Below are positions 35,772 through 48,900 of a stretch of DNA of 64,000 bases, piece by piece. Within the stretch, counting starts at the first letter, position 1. Every line of letters starts with the position of its first letter. The notes under the pieces were generated by a model. The model was not told where the DNA came from, did no database searches, and was given only the letters and a program-made list of their open reading frames with translations. The translations under genes and the position numbers were made by a program. The stretch comes from Tubulanus polymorphus (Eukaryota > Animalia > Nemertea), in the NCBI RefSeq assembly GCF_964204645.1, contig NC_134030.1, positions 5,064,778 to 5,128,777 on the forward strand, in the 5' to 3' direction.

Positions 35772-38700
35772 TAACCTCATATCAACAAATTCCTGATGTG
35801 CATCTTGAGCGGAACAAAATGCAGCACACTATGAATTATAAAGTTCTGCCGATTTGTTAACGAATTAATAGAAAATCAAATGATGCGAGCAAATTTCGTA
35901 TATAACTCAAAAATAATTTAGAGACTTAAGTTACCTGTCTACCAGCTATTCTTTCCAGACATTTCTACACATTAAAGACTGATTCTCAATCGAAAATGAA
36001 TATGTTATTAGTAAATCTCATTTTCTAACCAGAATAGACCATGATATGTCATTGATGCTGTTTGATATTTAGATATTTCAGTAAATGATAGGCTCTTAAA
36101 AGTGGAAATTCTAGGAAAATGGTAGTGGTAATCAGGTCTCTGCGCTTATGTACTCATTTTTTCTAAATACCACAGAAAAATTACTTACTTTGAATCTTAA
36201 CAAAAACCTCGATTACGGTAAAACTATGTTAATTACATTATATCTTACACTAAAACAGTTTATATACAGAATAAATAATCCTTTTATTATCATCATCATT
36301 AATATATTATCAATTAATTCTGTATTGACTATTATTGATAATACATTAACTTTTTCTGCTTCATAAAAACATCTGTTGTTCGCTAAATAGTTCGTTAAAA
36401 ATAATTAAATCCTTTTCATCATTATTACTATTATTCACTAAGCACAACTATTGACTGTTTTATCACCCGACATCTCCCAGCATGACTAACGGTTGCTCTC
36501 AACAGCAACCGGGGCACCCTAGGACACTTAGAAAAAAAATTCACTATCATACGTTTTGTTAGTTTTCTTTTTCTTACAAAAATATCTGCTGCCAGTATTT
36601 TGTAGACGACCTTTATGGCAAAATGTGGAATATAATTCATTGATATGAAGTTTATATATTGTATTTCTCTTAGTTAGTGGCTGAGTGACTGATAAGTACC
36701 TGGTACAGACAAAATACAGTGAAACCTCTAAAGCTTCATCAGATATCGGTAAGATTCAATTAGTTGGTACCACATTTGGAACTGATAATTGATCTTGAAA
36801 AGCAATATAAGCTGTGATCATGGAGATGATTTGGCCTAGGTCAAACGGACCCACACCAGGCCGGAGTCATATTTGGCCCGTGCCTAATTAGAAAACACTC
36901 ACTCTTTACTACAATGCTATCAAAATGACGCTGTGGCAAGCGAGGCGAGTTTCCTCTCAGTGAGAATTAACGCGGTATGATTTGTCCTGTCATTAAATTT
37001 GGCACGAACCCCGGTGTCCGATGTTTTTGGTAAGGCCAAATTTGGCACCAGCGTGAATGGTCGACCTGGGTAAAAGACACTTTCGTGATCGTCAATATGC
37101 TAACAAGGTTACACTGTATCATTGAACCAGGGTTGAAAACTACATAAATTTTTCTTCAGGAGCTTAAGAGGCAGAATGCGTGAAGCCCGTAAAAAGACTA
37201 GAATCACATCGAAGGGCTAGTTAAGATAGATGCAGTGCGGATAGGAATGTCTCTTCAATTAAGCATTTCCACACATAAAAACATAGAATAGAATATGAAA
37301 TCATCCATAATGAAATATCAACAAAAGTTTCCACAAAGAAAAAGATTAAGTGCAGCTGATGGATAAACGGATTTCAAATAATATATGAAATCCAAAGTTT
37401 TACAATCATTCTCAATAATTCATTTAAATTTGAAAAGGCATAGGGGTTTTAAACTTTTGATAGATTTAAAAGAAAAAAATGCTAACTGCTTTTTATACAC
37501 ACAGATATGTACACCATACTCTGATGTATATGAATAAAACAAAATTCTATCAAAAACGCAATAAAAAAACAAAATGCATGAACTTAAAAAAAAACTAAGC
37601 GATAGCGATACAAAAATTTCATCTTGTACTTCGCAAAAAACTCATGATTATTGGCATTACGCTTTAATGCATGCATTTTTCTCATGCGACAAAAACTTTC
37701 ATCTTCGGTGATACACTCAATTCAACCCATACATCTCCTGACGAGTAACTGATCATCCATCATTGGAATTAAAACAAACCGATTTCTGATTGGAACATTT
37801 AAAACTAAAACTATCAGTTGTTAGGTCTAAACCTGCCTTAACCTAACACACACACACACACCACACACATCACAACTCTCTACATCTAGATTATACGCAT
37901 ATTGGTCCTTATTTTACCCACTATAGACGTGTTATACCCATTTGAAGAAACTTTGGACCTTCCTTCCTTCCCCTTCCTGCGCATGCTATTAACATTTTAA
38001 TACACTGTTATATGTGAACAATTTATTAAATATTCAATCTGTCTTGGTTAGCACCTATTTAACACATTGAAAGTATCACCGCAATAAATTCATTACATTC
38101 AAACTTAAATCATATCAGGGTCCCTACAGAACGGCCATTCTAGGATACGAATAGAGAGTTTTCTAAGAGGAAATTTCAAATTTTGAGGCGTGTCTGCATC
38201 ACTTTTAACCCAATTACTGTAGACTCCGCTTCCATCCAAATTGGTTCAGTTTATCTCGGTAAATCATTAACTTGATAGTTATGCAGGCAAATCTTTATCC
38301 TTTCTAATTTGGTAAGAAAAAATCCTGGTCCCAACTGTACTGATTTAGGTGTAGTCTATTACTGTATGACCACAAACATTTCTAACTGCCCGTTTCTCAA
38401 AATTGAAGGATTCTTGGGCAAATCGAAGGAGTTTCAAGAACCTTTAACACATTTTCAGTTTAGGAGTTTTAAAGGAATCAAAGAGTCGTAGGGACCCTCT
38501 AACTATTTCTAATCGGACTTCCAATGTCCTGTACTCAATTCAGTACAATTAGCCGAGATAAATCACAGAAAATCCAGCGGATTGTTAAAGACTAAAGTTT
38601 CGCTAGAAAACATTGTATGAGGATTTGATTTTGATTTAACTTTTCCACTCTTGAGGGAAAAGAATGGAAATAGAATATATATAATATAAGGAAGAGTGTG

Positions 38701-39015
38701 GCACAATGATAATAAAATGCTTACATTTCAAGACGAGATCATCATTTTTTCTTTGGATTGCGTAGATTATCTAAATCACAGTGATACACAGCGTAAATGA
38801 AGCTAATGTGCGTTGTGTGGAGCAATGTCTAATAAAATCAGTTTTTATGTTTTGATTATGCTTAACTAAGCTACACATGAAACTTACTACAAACAACAGC
38901 GGTGACATACAAATAATCATCAGCTGTGCTTTCCGACAAAATTCAAAATGGACATTTTTGGAAGATGGGTCGAGAGCACTTAATTATTAGAGCGCTTTCT
39001 ACTTGAAAGCATATA

Positions 39016-39262
39016 CAGTAGACTTCTTTCACCTCGGATCTCGTGGGCCCAATAATTCTCTCAAAGAACACTTACCGTTTTCACCAAAAATGCGAGTAAT
39101 TTGACCTAAAAATTAATAGCAGCTTAATTGAAAATGAACTAGAAATCATTCCGAGTTTGAGAGAATTTTTCTATGGTTTTGGATTGTAGTTGACCTTTTA
39201 AAGATAGAAAAACTGCCAAATAGTAGATAATCTGAGGCATTAGGGTAAACGGTAGTCTACTG
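39016..39262. mobile_element. Tc1/mariner-type MITE with TA TSD
   Basis: TA|cagtagact ... agtctactg|TA. Confidence 0.6.
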
Positions 39263-39423
39263 TAACGTATTACTCAAGAGGGGCTATATAATCATAGTGA
39301 GCGAGGAATTATATTCCAAGGAAAAAACAACGTTCATTATTTGCGGCGGGCGGTGAGCTAAAAGCGTCATTCTGAGGGTCGTCAGTATATACCAGGAAGC
39401 GGGGATGAGTTCCGACGCGCGAT

Positions 39424-40873
39424 TCACGATTGCCAGTGAAACTGATCGAGTTTCTGATGATGACCGTGGTGGTGGAATGTACGCAGTTTATTGTTGTTGC
39501 GGTTGTTCGACTCGTTGGCGAGGTGCGCGGCCATTCGCGCTTTGAATACGTTCACCGTGTTGTGGCGATTTTGATTGTTGTTGTTGACGCGTTTTCCGAT
39601 GGCTCGGATTTTCATCTCGTGTTCGCGGAGACGGTTGTGTTGTTCGATGAGCATGTCGATGTCGATCGATTCGGCCTTGTTCTCCTCGACTCCGTCGTAG
39701 AACGACGCGATCGTGCAACACGCGCCTTTATTCTCACCGAATCTACAAAATAAACGAGGAATGAACGCGAGTTTTTATCAATGTCATTCCAGCAGTATGA
39801 TATAACCGCAGTTAACTCTGCCCCTTATTCCAGGGTTCCTACAGGCATTTCTATCCCAAAATCTTAAATTCAGATTACTACAAAAATTTATCAGGGTGCC
39901 CACTTTGCCCATTTGTCTCGCGTATTCATGAATATCAAATGGAATATCAATTATCACTCGCTATCAGTTTTACTCCACCATGACAGGCAGATCCAGGATG
40001 TCCGCATAATTCTGAGTTATATTAGAAATATAAGTATAAAACATTGAAAATGACGATTTTGAATTAGCTCACAACTGTGGAACCGGGCCCAGAATTTTCT
40101 CAATCAAGGGTGCATCATGAAAAGGCTGCCAGTAGTAACCCTGGTAGTCGTTATTGGAGGTTCAATCTAAAGACACACATTTTGCATGACAATAATTAGC
40201 AGCTTAATCACACAGAGACCATTTGGCCCGCGTCGAACTACCCTATTCTGGCCCGGGTCAAAAACATTTGAGATTTCGCCACAACCAATCAGCAGCCATT
40301 ATGATGGGGTGGGTCAGACGGTAAGATTCAAGAATAGGGGACTAGTGGTTAGGATTAGGGTTAGGGTTAGGTTTAGTTCCCTAATCATCATTAATTACTA
40401 TATACATTACTATCATTATATATCATCCTTATCAATTACTAATATTATCACTTAATTGATTACTATCTGATCACTACATATATATTGCTATAGTCCCCTA
40501 ATCTTGAATCGCACCGGTCAGACTACTGATCGATGAAGAAAAATGGTTTCTTTCTCTCTTACCGGCAGCATACTTCACAAGGATCGATCCATAACGTTAA
40601 TTCCTGAGGTAGACACAGTGTATCGTAGTTAATACCACATTGTTCAGCGACTCGCTGCAGCACCGGGTCAATCGGCTCAAACTCGTTGATGCGTATACAC
40701 CGATAACCTTGACCTTTCGTCGGTTCGTCGCTGTACCAATGATTCGCGTATCGTTCCGACAGGGCCTCCGATAATCTCTCGGAGAAACGCTTCACCAGTT
40801 TACCGCTCAATTTGTTGTTCTTTTGAATTAATCTCGTGATGAAAATGACGGCTGCAGCGATTTCACCTTTCAT
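39424..40873 (-). CDS. BTG3: BTG/Tob family antiproliferative protein, BTG3/BTG4 subgroup, 209 aa, 2 coding exons
   Basis: Exons 40873-40563 and 39742-39424. MKGEIAAAV..HWYSDEPTKGQGYRCIRIN..LPQELTLWIDPCEVCCR|FGE (boxes A and B). C-terminal DQFHW resembles the D-x-x-H-W tail of BTG3/4. Confidence 0.93.
40319..40516. mobile_element. Non-autonomous DNA element with CGG...CCG TIRs, 6-bp TSD and internal TTAGGG repeats
   Basis: GTCAGA|cggtaagattcaagaataggggacta ... tagtcccctaatcttgaatcgcaccg|GTCAGA. Confidence 0.85.
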
Positions 40874-43481
40874 GATGACTTTCTTTCGATTTTTTTTTGT
40901 TTTTTCTTTTTTATAAAATTTGTTTTCTTGCCTTCGAGGTCTAAAAAAATTTGAAACAGAATTTCACGACGGAATTCTAACAGACTAACGCCGCCATTTT
41001 TAATTCAGCCACCGTAAAAATCTACACTTTTTTATCGGCAATTTAAGTAAATTGAAAACCAGTCAGTCTCATAATTATAGCAGATTTAGATACTTAAATA
41101 TGTCTCCTATGATCTAGACCTGAAAAAACCAAAAAGTTACCTCTTTAAAACCGTGGATTCGAGCTTTTAAATAGACGACAAAACAATAAAATCAAACAAA
41201 CATAACAAAGTAGTTGCACTATCCGGCTCGAGGGAGCGCCACGAGACGGTTACTGATTTAGTTTAGCGGGCCGGATAATTGAATCAACCTAAATTCCGTC
41301 ATGCAACTCACAGCCGCCTTTATTTTTCCCCGCTCAGCTCCTAGAAGACTTTCTTTCTTGTCTTGGTAACTGCTTTAAAAATTTATGCAGTGGTCTTTAT
41401 TTCAATTATTTCATTCCATTAAACCTTAAATCTCGTTCCTCTCCTTTCGCATTTGATTCCAGTGCAACTTTAATGAAATTTAACATAACAAGAATTTTTT
41501 TCCATTATAGACAAAAATTTATTATTCTACAATATATTTCTTTTTGCAGCCGAGAATTAGAGAGCTTTTTGGCAATTTTGTTAATAGAGCACCTTAACAG
41601 AAAAATAGAGCTCTCCTTCAAACCAGCACACACACCATACACACCCCTGATATGTCAAACACTATTTTACAATAAAAAGTACACAAAATCTTCAGTTTTG
41701 TGGTATTAATTAGCTGCAAAGTCCTACGCCAAATGACAGAAAATAAAGTAGACCCTATTCAGATCCATTTTGAGGCTTAATTGAAAAATGCCACCAATTC
41801 TAAAATGCTTAATATACTTTAATATACTGGTAAGGATAGATAAATAAATTGAGAGCTGCCAAACTTAGAAGATCTGATTGAGACAATTCAGCATAATGTT
41901 ATGAGATTACAGAAGTAAAATAAGACAACGATACAACACAATTTAAATACATGTTAACATGGAATGTGTTTTGAGCAATGAACAAAATTACATAAATAAC
42001 AATAATACCAACGAAGAATAAAAGCACAGCCAGCCATATCAATTGTGATAACATTTGTGTTTGAATACCCAGTAATGTTACTCAGGAAACTTTCCATTTG
42101 TAACCTAATATTTCATCTGCCATTCACAGAGAATTCGAATAACACGCACTGGCTTCAGAATATAATCGGGCCTTTGCTTAAACTTACAAAAACCATCTCA
42201 TTAGTCTCACTAGTTCCACTCGTAAATAGATAACTCAGTCACATATTTCAGAGATCATCTTCACGTAAGTAAATTAAACTTTTAACTAATTACGCCAATA
42301 TGACGATGATTTTCACATGTGAAACTGAACAGTGATGGGAAATTTGAAATTAGAATTTATTTTCCTAGAATCGAAGCTAATACTGTTCAACATTTCTCAA
42401 TACAAGTTCTTTATGCGAGGATGTGAATATCAATGTGTAATGATGATGAACTTTCCATTCTGAAGGAAGCCCACGACTCAGTTGAGTATAAACACCTACC
42501 GATTCCTCAAATTACATGTGCGAGTTGAGACATGGTTTGGTAAATATCAATTCAACATGATGAATAAACACAAACTTATAAATGCTTTTTAGGCAAAACT
42601 ATCTACGGAAGACACTTTTTCTAAGCACTAAGCAATACGATTATGCAAGAAAATGAGATTGCTTATAAACGAAAAGGCCAGCTTATCAATAGTGGTTCTC
42701 GATAGAATCTAGAATCTCCATGACGTTTTTACTGGCAATGAAAAACTGTTTCATGATTAAGAAATGCAAAAAACTTATGATCAAGCACAACAAATGTCTT
42801 CATGGTTGACATTGACAACATCCACTTTTAAGTGCTAACAGCAGCAAATATTCTTGTGGAAAAATATGACTTTTCAGAAAGCACAACCGGTAATGAGGAC
42901 CATTCAATATGAGTAATAATATACTTATATAATCAATCTATCCACAAAACACGATCATTTGCCAAAGGAGGCATCCGTAAATTCCGAAATCATGATCAAT
43001 ATCATCAATTCCGAGCTCATGACAATCGAACAACAAGAATACTTATGTTGTTGTCACTCAAGAGATTCTAGTGTTCATAGGAAAATACGATGTGTAGAAA
43101 AAACAATGAGAATATCGCACAAGTAATACATATATACATAAATTATATGAGTACATGTATCGGTTATTCTATTGGAAGCGTATTTTCGTGGGTATACAAT
43201 CTATTTCCTTTTTTTTAAACTATCTACAATTTCATCCAGTATTGAAAGGATTGAACAGAGGATGAGGAGGTATGGTAGGTTTAGATTGTGTCAATCAATA
43301 ACTATATTCATATTAGGGCAATAATTATACAATAAACAATATTCCGTCAATGCTCAGACCTGATATGTTTTCGCTAATGAATCATGTCGAAGATAAGATA
43401 TGTTCCAGAAAACGCGATTATCAACTGAGAAATGTTTAACAGACAGCCAGGCATCCATCTTGGCGTGGCACTGTGTCACCA

Positions 43482-45121
43482 TCAGTGGAGTCCTTCCTCT
43501 TCTAACTGCACTAGTTTTCGTATAACTACATGTCGAATATCAATTTCTTCTTTCAAACTGAAATTCTTCTGTAACAAGTCGACAAGCTCGGATGAGATAC
43601 CTGAAACATAGTTGCCGGTAGATTGAAACAAGCTGAAAATCTAAGTCAAAATTTCAGGGCAACGCCCTTCATTGGTACAGCCTCTAGGCTTAGGGATATC
43701 CTTTCAATCATTAACAGGTTGTCAAAATCTACAGATATATATACACTACCATACAGTAAACAGTCCTATATATTGTGAAATAAATCATTATTATTATCAA
43801 TATCATTATCAATAATAATCAATAACCTTTGGTTTCTAAACCCCTTTGCCATGAACACATTATAATGCATTATGTTATCATCACAGGAGAAAATTACATA
43901 TTTTGCACTGTATCTCCTATGCGTGGGCACAATATGAATTGTTCCATTACATAAATACGTACAATGAACCCTTTGGTCAAGCATGTTTTTCTGTAAACGC
44001 AGTTCATCCACTTTCAGCAGTTTCACTGAAAAAAGAAGTCAATAATAGTCAGAAGGTAATAGTATAATTGAACAGTGAATATACTCACAAAGTACCAATG
44101 ATGAAAAATACTTACAATCAACAGTTGTATTCAATGTTTTCTGATTGACGGTTTCATTGTGTATACATTCGTTATCAATTCGTTTCACATGTTGATTATC
44201 CAGACATTCACTGGATTCGTCATTATCCTCCTCATCATCGCGTGACTTCGGCGAGTATGACTTCCAATCTTGTAAAGACACCGCATCCGAACTATCGACC
44301 GTGATCACCAGGTGGCGCTCTTCGTACGGTTTCACCGTCTGCCAGAGGTCCTCGTCGAAGTCGCCGAGATCGGATGTAGATACCCCGCCGTGTAGTAGCT
44401 GATATTCCATCACTTTTCGGTTGGTTTTCTTCGCGTTATCGCTTGCGGACGAGGTCGCGCGATAGCTGACTTCATGTCGCGAATACGCGTCTTTTTGCGA
44501 CGTCAAATTCGACAACGACGCCGATAAAAAGGCGCCATCTGACATCGATCGTTGGCGTCGTTTCTGTTGCGGAGTTCCGCACGGTTGGTAATCGGTCGAG
44601 TGACGAGTTTTCGTCGATTGTTTCGATAACAGCGACGACGTGCTGCGTCGATGTTGATTATCTCCGCCGACGAGGAATCCATCTCGAATCACGTTTATAA
44701 TCCGTCCGCTCGTCGGTTTCAACCGGCGCGCCGAATAAACCTCGGCGATGCTCTCCGACAATCGTTTACGGATAATAAACGGACTTACCGTCGGACTCGT
44801 CGTCGAACCGTCGCTGCTTGCTCCCGGACTCGGTGTTCGGCGGTAATCGTTATTAATACTTTCCGACGATAATAGATGGCGACTCGTGTGACATACTTCG
44901 TGAGCTTTACGGAAGCAATAATGATGCGCTATGTAGTTATGATGGATGACTTCGGGTAGAGAATTATAACCAGTTTTGATCGGTGCGATGACCGGGTTTA
45001 AACATATATCACAGGGTTCGATCTTTTCACCGGTGTCGCGGCCGCACAAATCACAGCATTTATCGTCGAGGGCTATTGTTTCGAAGCAGGTTTCATCCGG
45101 CTCATTCCTAGTAGATGACAT
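43482..45121 (-). CDS. C21orf91: Probable EURL / C21orf91 family protein, about 395 aa, 3 coding exons
   Basis: Exons 45121-44116, 44025-43963, 43600-43482 (1188 nt, in frame); a non-coding exon probably ends at 45499. N-terminal FETIALDDKCCDLCGRDTGEKIEPCDIC...HHYCFRKAH and C-terminal coiled coil VDELRLQKNMLDQRVHCISSELVDLLQKNFSLKEEIDIRHVVIRKL match the two conserved blocks of vertebrate EURL as I recall them. Confidence 0.75.
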
Positions 45122-45823
45122 CGTTTTGCCTTCTCTCAAACGTCAAACGCATTCTTCTTTCCTGAAAGAAGGAATTCTAGATTCTTCAATTAAAGGAATC
45201 TGATGATTCTTCAATTAACCCTTTCGGTGCATCCACACTGCAGTGTACAAATCGATGATAGACTTTGCATACTGCATCACGGTGTATTGATATCATAAGT
45301 AATCAGTTTTTATCTCTATCTAAACATCCACAATCAATAAGTAAGTGTAATGTACTATACACTACTACATCACAGATGTAGTAGTGAATATGCCTTATTA
45401 TTCTGATAGTAGAGGCCTTATTATTAACTGACGGCACCACATTCACTGAATTGGCAGTATAATAGGGTGTTTCTGAATATAAACGTGTGCTTGCCTACCT
45501 TAAGTCTATTCGTGACGGCACTATATAACAGAAACTATTGGAAAATAGCATATTTCTAGCAAAATCTACAAAAAGGAGATAATATTTTAAAATTTCTGTC
45601 AATCGTGGCCGTCCGCCATTTTGTACATATACATCCCGGTCACATGACTTAAGTGGGCGAAAATTAGTCTCGGAAATTATCAAAAATTTGTTTCACAATT
45701 TCATCATTGAAAGTCTTTGAATTGGTTTAAATCCAGTTTTCACTGAATTAATATTTAACATTTATTTCAAATAAAAATGTGAAAAAAATAATCCAAATCT
45801 CGCGACGACCGTCGGAGATTCTC

Positions 45824-45838
45824 GTTTCTATTAGCAAC
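45824..45838. promoter_or_regulatory. RFX X-box upstream of RSPH1
   Basis: GTTTCTATTAGCAAC fits the X-box consensus (GTYNCY-AT-RGNAAC) and lies 95 bp upstream of the ATG of a motile-cilia gene. Confidence 0.7.
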
Positions 45839-45932
45839 GCACCAAGCATTTACCTCAGTAACAGTTTTCCTGCTGAATTTGTTGTTGCCAGTACTCTTTT
45901 ACCGTTCACTTGACTGAATAAAACCGACGAAA

Positions 45933-48900
45933 ATGTCTGATTTAGGATCCGAAGAATACGAAGAAGAACAAGGACCATATTTAGGAGTGAGTAGTTAAAT
46001 TCTATCAGTAAAAAACGAAAAATCTAAAAAAAGTAGAAAAGACAGGCAGGACAGGTGCAACAATGTCAATGTCATCAATCAAATTATATAGGCCTAATTA
46101 TTGATTGACTTGACAACAAATGAATTGATATCAATAAATTAAGTATTCTTTCAAAAACTCAAGTCAGTTCAGACACAAGCTAAGATTTCTTTTTTTTTAA
46201 AGTCAGTTAACTGCCTTACTTTTTGCTGCCAGCAGCCGGGCTGACCTGTAGAGTGGGTGAGCTTTAGATCGTAGCCGCCTTGGATTTGATGAAATTGAAA
46301 TCATCCATAGTCAGTTTTCAGGTCATCTTTCCATGGTGGCCCTTTTGGTTTAACTAGGCCTACTTGATTCTGTCTGCCCCACTTCGTAAAGCCAGGGCCA
46401 GGGGTAAGGGTTGATGATTTATGCGGTCGCTTCTGAATTCTAATTGAATCTTCGAATCTTAATCAGGAATACGACGGAGAAAGAAATGAAAATGAAGAGA
46501 GACATGGACACGGTAAAGCCACGCTACCAAATGGCGATACGTACGAGGGAATGTACGAAAACAACAAACGGAATGGACAAGGAACGTACCGGTTTAAAAA
46601 TGGGGCTCGTTACATCGGAGAATACATGAAAAATAAGAAACACGGCCAGGGAACTTTCATCTATCCAGATGGCAGCAAATATGAAGGTGTGTTTAACTGA
46701 TCGATGAAATTAACATTGTCCTTGAAATAGAGTAGAACCTCCTTAATTTCGCATTATTTGGGTTCATGAGAAATCCGGATAATTCGTCATCATAGTTTAC
46801 ATGCATTTACAAGGTGGACCATAAATTGTATCTGGATTAGATCAAAATATGGATCAGATCTCATGGTACCGGTATATAAGAACTCTATTGATTTTGATGT
46901 TAATCGCTTTCAATATGGTTGATTGGTAGCCAGTTAGTTCGAAAAGGATTATTGAATCATATTCATGTACATGAGAAATTCGATTCATTTAGCATATAAT
47001 TTTTGAATAGAACCATAAGGATAGAATTCACAGAATTTCAAATATTTTATACCTATATATAAGTCAATTTCAATTTGAATAATCTTGGGCGACAGTTCGA
47101 ATGCTGCAATTTGTACCGATCACACCTTGGCGTAGTGGTACCAATTATCAAAACAAGTTGGAGACCCCAACCTGCTAAGTAAAAAACCCATTATTTCCCT
47201 TCCGTCTTTTCCTTGAAAAGATTTGTACTCCTTTTGAAAAAGACCTTGATATATCTAGAATTGAAATAATGACGACATATTTATTTTCTGTGTTTACAGG
47301 TAGCTGGGTTGATGATCAGCGACACGGATTTGGTAAATACACATACGTGAATGCCGATTATTACGAAGGTGAATGGCAGAGCCACCTACGTCACGGTCAG
47401 GGAGTTTACCTGTACTCAGAGACCGGGTCTAAATATTCAGGAACGTGGAAAGAAGGGAAACAAGAAGGACACGGGGAACTGATCCACGCTAATCATAAAT
47501 ATGTCGGCGTTTTCAAGGATGGACGTGTAAGTGGCTCCCTCAATTCACATTTGATGAATAACAAGGTTTTTTTTAAATCTTAAAATAGGGATTCCCTATA
47601 GGATTAAATTTCGCTGTTATTTATTTGGCTGGTAAATTTTGTTTGATTTTTTGATTGAGTGTCCCATACAGACCCACCACACCTGCCGGGAGCGAAACAG
47701 GCGGTTTGATTTTGAAATCGGAAATCGAAGTACAAATTTAGTTGTGTGATCGCCAGTCGAATTTTTTTTTCTAAAATCTAAGTTCATAATTGGAAATTCG
47801 GTTCCGGTTCATTCAAACAATCTTCCATTCAGTCTGAACCGGCAAGCAACTGATTGGGGTGAATTTTCTTGGCTGCTTATTTAATACATCGAGATTTTGG
47901 AAATAGCAATATTACAAGGTTGAAGATAATAACAAGGTTTTAATGGTTAATAGAACATGGGATGCTATGATAATCACTGTTATCCATAATTCATTGTTAG
48001 ATGTCAAAAAGATGCTGAGACGATACAATATTTTTGTTTTAGATGGATGGAAAAGGAAAATATGTTTTTGATATTGGATGTCAACAGCATGGTGAATATA
48101 TCCCTGTCGAGCAGGTAAGTTGCTTAGTTTGTCTACCGAGAAAAGCTGCTGTTGCTATTGTAACGATTACTGGTCGTTTGGATTTAAAGTAATCTAACTG
48201 TGATTAATTTGTGTAGCTTTCATCAAAAAGTGGAAAAATTGCTAAAGAATTTATTAAAGAACTTATCCAGAAAGTAAGAAGCATGTACTGAAATTTTTGA
48301 TTGTTTACTTTTCTTCAATTGAGAAGGAAAAGAAACATCACCAAGCATGTCACAGATTGCAATGTCTCACTTCATTTTCACTTTTTCCATCTTAGTAAAT
48401 GACAATTAGACATCTAATTGACAATTAGAAGTAATTGGGACACATTTATGCCAAGATTACATAGGTTTTACCATTGTTGAATAGTTTAGTGAAAACATCA
48501 TTTTTTAAGGCTGGTGAAGAGAAGGAAGGTGGTGAAGAGGAACAACAGGCTATCATCATTCCGAAATGGCAGGCGGGTAAAGTGACTGAGATAACGCTGG
48601 AAGAACCTGAGGATGATCTAGAAGATGAACCTACTGCGGCAGTTGAGGAAACTGAAGGCGAACAACAACCAGCTGCCGAGGGTCAGGAAGCTGTAACTGA
48701 ACAATGTAAGTTTCCTTCGTAGACATGTAAATTTAGCAGCTTATTTTAGTTCAAGTAATCTTCACACGTTTCTAATTGATACTAGTTATACAATTAGTTG
48801 CTAGGAACAGTAGTACTGAAAACAAACATGGATGATTGGAAATTTTGTTGTCGTTCTCTCAAAAGTCAAAATACCTATACGGTATGGATAGTAGTGGGGA

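Noticed and set aside
40347-40376. Interstitial telomere or chromosome-fusion site
   Set aside because: Only 2-3 TTAGGG units, contained within a TIR element that has a TSD.
47120-47170. tRNA-like A-box (tggcgtagtgg)
   Set aside because: No B-box or cloverleaf; at best a decayed SINE fragment.
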